Shown here in pieces: positions 52,626 to 63,634 of a DNA stretch of 64,000 nt. Under the pieces are notes generated by a model. That model worked only from the letters and a program-made list of their open reading frames with translations. It made no database searches and had not been told where the DNA came from. The translations under genes and the position numbers were made by a program. The stretch lies in the NCBI GenBank assembly GCA_002104905.1, contig MCFE01000488.1:1-64000 (forward strand), given 5' to 3'. Position 1 is the stretch's first letter. Every line of letters begins with the position of its first letter. Origin of the DNA: Basidiobolus meristosporus CBS 931.73 (lineage: Eukaryota; Fungi; Basidiobolomycota).

Positions 52626-53378
52626 GATGCGGAGGCTCGAAGGTGATTGGCACTCGGCACATCACTAGTCCTGGAGTAAGAATATACGTGAATCTGGAGT
52701 GAGCTTGCTATTTGCTAAAGCCATTGTACATACATCGGAATATATTGACATCTCCATCAGAAATGCCAACTCAGCGAGCAGGCTGATACCATGGGTAGCA
52801 AATCGAACTAATCTCTAATGAATCACTTCCTCATAACGTGGATTCAATAAACACTGGTTACGATGATCACTTGAATTATGCGGCAACCTCCCAACTCTTA
52901 TCCTTACAGTGGCATTCATTGCTCTGGATGCCTATGGAACAAACAATCTGGCCAAATCCTAGCCATCCCCGAGCACACCGGATATGGTAAGTCAACAATT
53001 TTTTCCACAAACACAGTTTGGGATTTTTTTCAACAGCAAAGCGGTTTATGACTGGACGGCCTCAAAACAAAACATCCCGCTGAAACGTGACCAATGGTTT
53101 GATTGTGCCAGTGTTATCATGGATTTAATCAATCACGTTTTGTTATCTGTTGCGGTTAACATAAACCTTTTTTTGCTCCTGGCTGCTGAGATACTTCTAT
53201 CTAAAGTGTGTTCATACGTGCGTCAATATATTTCGATTGTAGTTTGGGAATTGGCGAAGCCTATTTGAAATGCTTGGAATCAGTGCTCACGAGAGTTTAA
53301 TTAAGCCCACGGTCAAAGTAAGTTTTCGTTCTCCCGCTCCCACCAAACTTGTTCCTGACCCGATAGTAGAGTGAGGTC

Positions 53379-56300
53379 ATGCCTGAGAGCCCAGAGACTA
53401 GGGAGGCCATGCTGTGTCAGGTAAACCTGGGGATTCTTGCACTCTACTTTCCAATGGAGGCCTAAACCACACTTACGTGTTTCTTAGCCTATTGCTACCT
53501 CAGAGAATGGTGAATCTGAGGTGTTGGTAAAGGAGGACTCCCCTGAAGAGAAGCCAGCATCGGGGGCGGTGAAAGCGGAGGATTCTGGTGAGCCCAAAGA
53601 GCTGACCGAAAGACAACAGGTACATTTCATGGTAGCCCTGGGTGGCAGTGCGTCTGCCATCAACACCACTAGCTTACTGACTGGCGGGTCCAATGACTGT
53701 CTTAGGCAATGGCAGATTTCAAGCGGGATACAGAGAATAGCCGATTAAACCGACTCAACTACCTCTTGGAAAAGTCCACCTTGTACTCTCAATTTCTCAC
53801 CCAAAAGTTGGAGAAAGAGCAACAGGAAAAGCGGGACAAAGCTTTAGATCAGAAGCAGGCGAGCACTAACGCCACAACCAGAAAAAGCACCCGCGGTCGT
53901 AAGCGAAAGAACCCAGAGAACGAAGCTTTCGATGAGATCAGTGAATTGGTGAGTTTTGAGCAGCCCTGTGTCCGTGCAAGAGGTTCCTTTGTAACCAGCG
54001 ACTTTAGGAACTTGCCAAACGACACAAAAATGAAAATGGCAAAGCCAGCACCCCATCGGCACTGGGCCAAAACGTATCCGCTCGTCAGCCTATCTTGCTC
54101 ACTGGTGGTATCATGAAAGAGTACCAGTTGGCAGGCCTTGAATGGCTGGTCTCGCTCTATGAGAATGGATTGAACGGGATTTTGGCCGATGAAATGGGCC
54201 TCGGGAAGGTGTGTGCCCTTTTGTGGATCTGTGTGTCATGGGCTGCCTAATTGACATTACTGTACTAGACCCTTCAGACCATCAGTTTCTTTGCGTACCT
54301 GCGAGAGCGTAACGTTTGGGGGCCATTTTTGGTCGTCGCTCCCATGTCCACCCTATCCAACTGGGTGAATGAGTTCAACAAGTACGCTTCTTGTTTTGCC
54401 AACTACCGTCTCGCAGTCACTCACGCTCGAATCTAGGTTCACTCCATCCATCCCAGTTGTCCTTTATCACGGTACGCCTGATGAACGAGCTGAATTACGT
54501 AAAAAGCGCATGAAGAAGCTGGGCGAGACTTTCCCCGTGGTGGTGACGTCTTATGAGTTAATCATCAACGACCGGAAATTCCTTCAAGTAAGTCCAAGCA
54601 ATGAGCCCCGAGTGGATATCGGTCAATTAACACAGAGCTAGAAATATGCATGGAAATACTTGGTGATAGATGAAGGGCATCGTATCAAGAACATGAACTG
54701 CAAGCTAGTTCAGGAGCTTAAGCAATACCGCAGTGCCAATCGGTTGTTGCTAACTGGAACACCATTGCAGGTTGGTCCGAGATATGTTGTTCGAATCGAG
54801 ATTAAGATCGTGCGCCTCATGTTCCCTATCCACAGAACAATCTATTGGAGCTCTGGTCATTGCTCAACTTCCTGCTCCCAGATATCTTCGATAGCGTCGA
54901 CATCTTCCAAAGCTGGTTCGACTTCAATGACCTGACTGACCAGAAAGGCAGAGATAAGGTCATCAATGACGAATCGCAGCACAATATTGTTTCCAAGCTT
55001 CATCACATCCTCAAGCCGTTCCTATTACGACGACTCAAATCGGATGGTACCTGCAGCCTCATCCCCTTTGCTCTTGGCCAGCCGTCTAACAGATTTGCTA
55101 TATGTAGTTGAGTTGGGACTACCCAAGAAAAGAGAGTATGTCCTTTACGCCCCAATGACTGCCAAGCAGAGGGAGTACTACGATGCAATCCTAAACAATC
55201 AGATGAGGAGCTTCTTGAAGAAGCGCATGGGTATTGAGGACTGTGAGATAACCAACGAACCTGAAGGTATGTTCATCCGGGCTTGCCGCGTAGTCTTTCT
55301 TCTTTGCTGAGCCCAACTTCGTAATGTTTATAAGGTCGGAGCCGTCGTCGTTCTACCAAGAAAGATGTAAACTATGCGACGGTATCGGACAGCAAGTTCT
55401 TTAAAGAGCTGGAGAACGCTGAGGCAGCCGAGGAGGAAGCCTCTCTCGACATGACTAGCACTAGTGAGAGCAGTAAGTCCGTTTTGCCGCATGCCATGCA
55501 TAGCGCAGTGGAACCTAACCCAAACCTCGTCTCCAGAACCCGGCATGTTGAAGCTAAAGCACATGAAGTTGCAAATGGTCATGACGCAACTATGCAAAGC
55601 GTGTAACCATCCATACTTGTTCGATGGCCCTTACGATGAAGAGACTGGCTACCTTAACGTGACTGAGGACCTCAAGGCGTCCAGCGGAAAAATGATCCTC
55701 TTGGATCAATTACTCACAGCACTTATTAGCAGAGGACATCGCGTCTTAATTTTCTCTCAGATGACCACGATGCTGGATATCATTGAGGACTGGTTGATGA
55801 TTATGAAGGGCTGGAAATGTTGTCGGATCGATGGCACGGTTGGCCAGGACACACGGCGAGACCAGATCCGCGAATTCAATGACAGCGACATCGAGATCTT
55901 TTTGCTCAGCACTCGTGCCGGTGGGCTGGGTATCAACCTGACTGCGGCCGACACGGTCATTCTGTTCGACAACGATTGGAACCCCCAGATGGATCTTCAG
56001 GCTCAGGATCGTGTCCATCGTATTGGCCAAACAAAGCCGGTCATTATTTATCGATTTGTCACGTCCAACTCCATTGAGTCGAAAATCTTGGATCGCGCCA
56101 ACAGCAAACGAACCCTCGAAAAGCTGGTGATACACAAAGGGCAGTTCAAGGGGAACAACAAGAACCAGGTGAACTTGAAGCTGGAGGATCTGATGGAGAT
56201 TCTTGAGAATGGCGATGAGAACTCGAAGGTGATTCAAAACGGAGATGCCGTACTGTCCGAAGAGGATCTTGAGAAGATCCTCGATCGCTCTCCGGAGGCG

Positions 56301-56393
56301 TATGAAAGGTCCACGAAGCAAGACGCTGGAAGTACATTCAAACAAGTCAACACTGCCGCTGATGAGCAAAACGATGCGCTTAGTTCGATGTAG
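53379..56393 (+). CDS. HELLS: SNF2-family chromatin remodeller HELLS/LSH/DDM1 (Irc5), multi-exon
   Basis: [112 protein letters not shown] and [15 protein letters not shown]. Confidence 0.93.
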
Positions 56394-57681
56394 TGTCGGT
56401 GTTTGTGGTTGGACATTTCTGCTTGTGTTCTAGTATAAAGTAATTAGTATAAATCATTCCTATAGAAATAAAACTTGGCTCGTTCATCAAATGTTGTATT
56501 TGCCTCTGGCACGATCCAGGATCCCAATACAGCTTTGGGTAGTGATGCCTGGAGTACCATGAAGTAACTTAATAGGGACAGAGTCAAAAAGCACGCTCAA
56601 CTTTGTTCATCTGCATTCAAATAGGATTGGTGTATGGGGGGGGGTTTCTCTTTGACTATTAGCAACAATTATGTGGACTAGATGATACGTACCAACAACA
56701 TTGTGTTCTTGTCAGTCACAGTTGTGCGTATTGTCTATGGTGCATGCTATATTCCTGCCTCCAGTTGATGGTTCTCAAATCAATGGATGATATTCTAGAC
56801 TTTTTGATCATAATGGCTTAATGGCTGCATACTATTGCACCTTCTGGATAATCCCTGACCTGCATTGTGTATTGATTTACCAATTCATGAAATGATGATG
56901 ATGATGTATTGTCACCTCTCCCTGCTCACGTATTGCACTACAACTATGGCAACAATTTGGTATTCATCCAAGCCACTAATATACTTATGATTTAGATTAT
57001 CTTGTTGTTAATCTATTAATTATTGACTTAAAATCAAATTGTAGGTAAGTAACCAATTCTTTTGATTAATGGGGGTCTTGAAACTATTGCCTTTCTCCAG
57101 CTCATCCATTACCCCAAGCTTTGCGCACTGCTTGATGGGACCTTTTGTAAAACTCTATTGTTGCCTACATTATAAAGCTTCCCCAAGGGTATAAATATAT
57201 ATCTTGGGCTCAACAAGACAGTACTACATCATAAGCTTTGGAGTTATGCAAACAGATTAAGAGATTAGACTTGTTCTGTTGGATAGTGCCACATTGAGTC
57301 ATGAGCACCAAATAATGCCATAGTGTCCCAGAGAGGCAAAGTAGACCCATATTTGGCCCCAGAGTGTGAAAAGCTGCTCTACATCTTTATGCAAAGTAGC
57401 CCCTGTGTTTCACCTTCTGTGATGGAGAAAATCCTATTTTTGACCTCTTTTTGGGCTCAATATTGTGCATGATGTGTAAGAGTGCAGAAGGACTGAAGAC
57501 ATATATATGGTATTCAATACCTGTAGCACTCTGAATCTAGCTGCAGAGGCTTGTAGCATGTCACAAAAATGCATGGTACTCTCTTGGTCTACTGGTACTA
57601 TCTGACACTATATTCAAATATTAGCCCTAAAGTAAAACCCATACAAAGCACTTGTAATGCTAGATAGTGCCATGCATTTAT

Positions 57682-58013
57682 TGTTGTAAGAGTCTTGGAG
57701 ATATTGGAAGTGATTGGGAGAACAAGTAGATAATGTGGTTTTCACTTAATGATTTATTGAATGTAAAAGTAGTATTTATACTTTTTCCTCGTCTTGGCAT
57801 TACAAACACATAAAATAAGTTAAGGAAGGTCCCAAGAACATGTGTGCAAAGTTTGGGGCTGTTTGGACAACTTGGAGAATTTTCATGTTCTGGGTAAATA
57901 TTCTAAGTAAATCCCAACAAGGAATTTGGTCAGTATTCTCTAGGATTTGAGGGTAATGATCTAAGTGACTAAGTTAGGTGAATATTTAGGTGGAAATACA
58001 AATTTTTACTACA
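57682..58013 (-). mobile_element. 3' LTR of the host copia element (332 bp, 17-bp deletion relative to the inserted copy)
   Basis: Reverse complement of the 349-bp LTR, with about 18 mismatches by eye plus one 17-nt gap. It has TG...CA termini and is preceded on the minus strand by the PPT GCTGAGTGGGAG (58014-58025). Confidence 0.93.
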
Positions 58014-58033
58014 CTCCCACTCAGCTAAATGTT

Positions 58034-58038
58034 CATAC
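58034..58038. repeat. Left 5-bp target-site duplication CATAC (right copy at 62722-62726)
   Basis: The identical pentamer flanks both LTR ends of the 58039-62721 element. Confidence 0.95.
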
Positions 58039-58387
58039 TGTTGTAAAAGTTTGTATTTCCACCTAAATATTCACCCAACTTAGTCACTTAGATCATTACC
58101 TTCAAATCCTGAATTATACTGACCAAATTCCTTGTTGGGATTTACTTAGAATATTTTCACCAAAATACCAGGTACCCAGAACATGAAAATTCTCAAAGTT
58201 GTCCAAACAGCCCCAAACTTTGCACACATGCTCTTGGGACCTTCCTTAACCTATTCTACGTGTTTGTTATGCCAAGACCAGGTAAAAGTATAAATACTAC
58301 TTATACAATCAATAAATCATTAAGTGAAAACCACATAATCTACTTGTTCTCCAAATCACTTCCAATATCTCCAAGACTCTTACAACA
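58039..58387 (+). repeat. 5' LTR (349 bp)
   Basis: TGTTGTAA...TTACAACA terminal inverted repeats and an internal TATAAA. It differs from the 3' LTR at 10 positions by eye (about 97% identity). Confidence 0.97.
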
Positions 58388-58400
58388 GGTTATGAGACCC
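58388..58400 (+). promoter_or_regulatory. Primer-binding site
   Basis: GGTTATGAGACCC lies directly after the LTR and resembles the GGTTATGGGCCC PBS of copia elements primed by a tRNA-iMet half-molecule. Confidence 0.75.
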
Positions 58401-58418
58401 AAGCTGTCACTCTCTGCA

Positions 58419-61400
58419 ATGTCTACTACTGCTATTACTGGAATTTTTCCCTCTGCTGAAAAGTTGGATGGCTCTAACTACCAAGTGTGGAAGGTGAAGA
58501 TGAAGATGCTGCTACAAGAAAGAGGCCTTTGAGATATTGTCATGGGAGAAGAATGCCCTCTTAAAAACGTGGGAGAGGAAGCCTTAAAGTACCAGAAGAA
58601 AGAACAAAGTACCTTTAACTGCATTTGCCTTAATGTCAAGGACAAACTGCTAATTCAATGCTCAAGAGCAAAAACGGCAAAGAATGCCTGGAAGGCATTA
58701 GAAGACACCTACCAGTCATGTTCAGCTGCCAAGAAAATGTATCTGAGAAGAAGATTCTTTACTACAAAGATGCTGCCAGGAGAAGAAATGAAAAATCTAA
58801 TTAACAGAATTACCCTGCTGGTAGATGAGATGGAATCTGTGGGTGTACCAACTACTGATGAGGATGTAATAGTTACCATCCTGAATAGCCTGACAGACAA
58901 GTTTCAGGGCCTTGTATCAGCCCTAGAGTCCAGAACTGAAGATTGGACCTTAAATTACGTATATGGAAGGCTCCTGGATGAAGAATTAAGAAAATCAAGC
59001 GCCAATAAGAAGGAAGAAGAAAATGCTTTAATAAGCATTGATAACCAACAAAGGAGGTACCCAAGACCCTACAAAGGTAACAGCAACCTATTTTGCAACT
59101 ACTGCAAAAGGAAAGGACACACATCAGACCGGTGTTTCAAAAAGAGAGATTATCAGCAAAAGAAGCCTGAATATGGAAATGCTGCAACAACTGAAGATAG
59201 ACTATTCATATCTGCACTAAATATGACCACAAACAAGGATTCTCAGATGTGGTATATTGACTCTGGAGCTTCTCAACACTTTACACACCAAAAAGAACTT
59301 TTTACCCAATATCAAGAAATTCCAATTAAGAAGGTTTTCATGGGTGACAATAGAACACTTGATGCAGTGGGAGAAGGAACTATCCAAGTAAACCTTAGAA
59401 GCAGTGAAGGAAGCCATACACTGACCTTTAAAGGAGTACTCTATGTACCAGAAATAGCCAAGAACCTACTCTCTGTAAGCAAGGCCACAGCAGAAGGACT
59501 CAGTTTCAGTTTTGACAATTCTGGATGCAGGATCACTGATCAAAATGGTGCTCATATTGCTTTGGGCATCAGAGATCAGAATCTATACAAGTTGACTTAT
59601 ATTCCATCATATCTGTAAGCCAATATAAGTAACTTAAATGAAGAAGCACCAATGCTCTGGCACAGGAGATTTGGACACATCAATTATGATTATTTGCATA
59701 AAATGATCAAAGATCAGCTAATTTCTGGAGTGAAAATTGATCCCCCAGCTAATTTGGAGCACTGTGAAGCCTGCATATATGGGAAACAAGCCAGACAACT
59801 GTTCAAGAGCTCTGGGTTAATCAAAACTAAGAAAAAATTAGATCTAATTCACTCAGATCTGTGTGGACCTATGCAAAATTTATCCTTAGGCGGGATGAAG
59901 TATCTAATCACTTTGATGATGATTATACAAGATACACATGGGTCTACTTCATGGAGAGAAAGGAAGAAGCTCTGTCTAAGTTCAGGGAGTTTAAAGCCAT
60001 GGTGGAGAGAGAAACTGGTGAAAAAATCAAGAAAATACGCTCTGAAAATGGTGGGGAATATGCCTCAAAACTCTTCATCCACTTCTGCAAAATTCATGGG
60101 ATAAAGCAAGAGACTACTGTACCATACTCCCCACAGCAAAATGGAGTAGCAGAACACGCTAACAGATCAATAATTGATATGGCAAGATCTATGATCCATG
60201 ATCAAAAATTATCCTATGATTTTTGGGCGGAATCAGTTGCCACTGCTGTATACCTTAAAAATAGGAGTTATAACAGAATACTTTGTGATTCTACTCCATT
60301 TGAAGCATGGTATGGATACAGACCAAGTGCAGAACATCTAAGTGCATTTGGGTGTACAGCATATGCCAAAAAACTGGCTGGAAATCAGTCAAAATTTGAG
60401 CCAAAAGTGTAAAATGCATATTTTTGGGCTACTGCAATGAGAGTAAGACATATGGGCTCTAAAATATCAAAGCAAAGAAGCTTATCAAGTCCAGGGATGT
60501 GTTGTTTGATGCAAATTCAAAATTTTCACAAAAAATGACATCAGATGATGACAAAAATTTGATCTCAAGTCCACCAATTGTCAGGATTGAATCAGAGCAA
60601 AACAATGAGAATTTCTTCACTCCAGAGGACTCTACAACCATGGTTCAGCCAGAATCAGTGCCCAGGAATATCCCAGAAGTGATCATTCCTGTATCAAATG
60701 CCCGGAGATCAAATCGGACAAGAAATAGCCCAAATTACTATATCAATGAGGGTACAAATATAGCCTATGCCTATTCAGTCCATATTGATGAACCCCAGAC
60801 TGTAAAAGAGGCCCTAAATAGCCCTCAGATGAAGTTTTGGAGATCTGCAATGACTGAGGAATATCAGGCCCTGATGGGAAATCAAACTTGGGACTTAGTC
60901 AAATTACCAATCAACCAAAAATCAATTGGATGCAGATGGGTCTTCAAGACAAAATACAAGGCTGATGGTACAATTGAAAGATACAAGGCAAGACTTGTAG
61001 CCAAAGGATACTCTCAAACAAAAGGACTTGACTATACTGAGACCTTTGCACCGGTAGCCAAGTTTAATTCCATCAGATTAATATTGGCTATTGCAGCCAA
61101 ATATAAGTTTTTTTATTCATCAAATGGATGTAAAAACCGCATTTTTAAATGGAGAACTTGATGAGGACGTGTATATGGACCAGCCTGATGGGCTTGCTGA
61201 CCAAAATAACCCCCATTTGGTCTGCGGGTTAAAAAGTCACTATATGATCTCAAACAATCACTGAGAGCCTGGAATTGCAAGATAGATTCTTATTTGGAAT
61301 CTTTGAGTTTCAAAAGAAGTAATGCTGACTATAGTATATACTATAAGCCAGATAGAGCAAGTCCAGTTCTATTAGCTCTATATGTGGATGATCTTATTAT

Positions 61401-62361
61401 AGCTGCCAATAACCTAGAAATATTGGAAGAGACTAAATCCAGCCTATCTAAGGAGTTCAAGATGTCTGATCTAGGAGAACTTAGTTACTACTTAGGGATT
61501 AAGTTCTCCATAGACAGAAGTACCCAGACTATTACCCTAAGCCAATCCAAGTATATTCAAGATATACTAAAGAAGTACAAAATGGAAGACTGTAAACCGG
61601 CAGCTACCCCAATGGAGACAAACCTTAACTTGGTCAAAACTCAACCAAATCAAGAGAGCTTGGTGCCATCTGAAAGCCCTGACTTTCCTTATCAATCTAT
61701 GGTCAGCAGTCTGATGTATATCATGCTTGGAACACGTCCAGATATCTCATATTCAGTGGGAGTTGTCAGCCAACATAATCAGAACTATGGATCTGATCAT
61801 ATTGCAGCAGTTAAGCGGATTTTTAGATACCTAGAAGGAACTGCTGATATTTGCTTAAGATACACTTATAAGGACTCAGAACAACATCTTGTGGGATACT
61901 CTGATGCAGATTGGGGACAAAATTTGGAAGACAGAAGATCCACTACAGGATACACCTTTCTTTACTGTAAAGGAGCAATTTCATGGAATTCAAGAAAGCA
62001 ACCAACTGTAGCACTTTCTACTACAGAGGCAGAGTATATGGCAGCCTGTGAAGCTACAAAAGAAGCAATGTGGTTAAGAAAGCTCTTTACAGATTTAGGC
62101 CTATGTCAAAAAACGCCTATTACTTTATTTCAAGATAATCAAGGATTTATACAATTAGGTAGAAATCCAACTTTTCATGCTAGAACCAAGCACATAGATA
62201 TTAGACATCATTTCATATGTGAAGCTATAGAGAATAACTTAGTTAGCTTAGTTTATTGTCCTACAGATGAAATGATTGCAGACATATTTACCAAACCATT
62301 AGCTAGAGACAAGTTTGAATATCTTAGGTCAAAATTAGGACTAGTCAGTAGGAACATTTAG
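58419..62361 (+). pseudogene. Disrupted copia gag-pol
   Basis: KLDGSNYQVWKVKM (gag), CNYCKRKGHTSDRC (zinc knuckle), WYIDSGASQH (protease), LWHRRFGH/CEAC/HSDLCGP/QQNGVAE (integrase), RYKARLVAKG/LYVDDL (RT) and YSDADW/RTKHIDIRHHF (RNase H). In-frame stops occur at 58530-58532 and 59616-59618, with further breaks near 59.92, 60.41-60.46, 61.11 and 61.23 kb. Confidence 0.95.
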
Positions 62362-62372
62362 CTGAGTGGGAG
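62361..62372 (+). promoter_or_regulatory. Polypurine tract
   Basis: GCTGAGTGGGAG lies immediately 5' of the 3' LTR. Confidence 0.8.
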
Positions 62373-62721
62373 TGTTGTAAAAATTTGTATTTCCACCTAA
62401 ATATTCACCTAACTTAGTCACTTAGATCATTACCTTCAAATCCTAGAAAATACTGACCAAATTCCTTGTCGGGATTTACTTAGAATATTTCCACCAAAAT
62501 ACCAGGTACCCAGAACATGAAAATTCTCAAAGTTGTCCAAACAGCCCCAAACTTTGCACACATGCTCTTGGGACCTTCCTTAACCTATTCTACATGTTTG
62601 TTATGCCAAGACCAGGTAAAAGTATAAATACAACTTATACAATCAATAAATCATTAAGTGAAAACCACATAATCTACTTGTTCTCCAAATCACTTCCAAT
62701 ATCTCCAAGACTCTTACAACA
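62373..62721 (+). repeat. 3' LTR (349 bp)
   Basis: Near-identical to 58039-58387 and followed by the CATAC TSD. Confidence 0.97.
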
Positions 62722-63634
62722 CATACTGACTAGTCCTAATTTTGACCCAAGATATTCAAACTTGTCTCTAGCTAATGGTTTGGTAAATATGTCTGCTATC
62801 ATTTAATCTGTAGGACAGTAAACTAAGCTAACTAAGTTATTCTCTATAGCTTCACGTATGAAATGATGTCTAATATCTATGTGCTAGGCTCTAGCATGAA
62901 AAGTGGGATTTCACCTAATTGTATACATCCTTGATTATCTTGAAATAAAGTAATAGGCGTTTTTTGACATAGGCCTAAATCTGTCAAAAGCTTTCTTAAC
63001 TACATTGCTTCTTTTGTAGCTTCACAGGCTGCCATATACTCTGCCTCTGTGGTGGAAAGTGCTACAGTTGGTTGCTTTCTTGAATTCCATGAAATTGCTC
63101 CTTTACAGTAAAGAAAGGTGTCTCCTGTGGTGGATCTTCTGTCTTCCAAGCTTTGTCTCCAATCAGCATCAGAGTATCCCACAAGATCCTGTTCTGAATC
63201 CTTATAAGTGTATCTTAAGCAGATATCAGCAGTTCCTTTTAGGTATCTAAAAATCCGCTTAACTGCTGCAATATGATCAGATCCATAGTTCTGATTATGT
63301 TGGCTGACAACTCCCACTGAATATGAGATATCTGGACGTGTTCCAATCATGATATACATCAGACTGCCAACCATAGATTGATAAGGAAAGTCAGGGCTTT
63401 CAGATGGCACCAAGCTCTCTTGATTTGGTTGAGTTTTGACCAAGTCAAGGTTTGTCTCCATTGGGGTAGCTGCTGGTTTACAGTCTTCCATTTTGTACTT
63501 CTTTAGTATATCTTGAATATACTTGGACTGACTTAGGGTGATAGTCTGGGTATTTCTGTCTATGGAGAACTTAATCCCTAACTAGTAACTAAGTTCTCCT
63601 AGATCAGACATCTTGAACTCCTTAGATAGGCTGG
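62722..63634 (-). pseudogene. Host copia RT-RNase H fragment (antisense copy of about 61439-62352)
   Basis: ORF 63000..63491 (MEDCKPAATPMET...YSDADW...AACEATKEAM*) is nearly identical to the inserted copy, with a TGG-to-TAG stop. It joins seamlessly to 58033 once the insert and one TSD copy are removed. Confidence 0.95.

Larger units (their letters stand above)
58039..62721 (+). mobile_element. Full-length, defective Ty1/copia LTR retrotransposon (4683 bp)
   Basis: Paired LTRs, PBS, PPT and TSD are present. The domain order is gag, CCHC, protease, integrase, RT, RNase H, which is diagnostic of copia. Confidence 0.98.

Noticed and set aside
55746-56369. 207-aa antisense ORF
   Set aside because: It is the antisense shadow of the HELLS helicase C-terminal exon.
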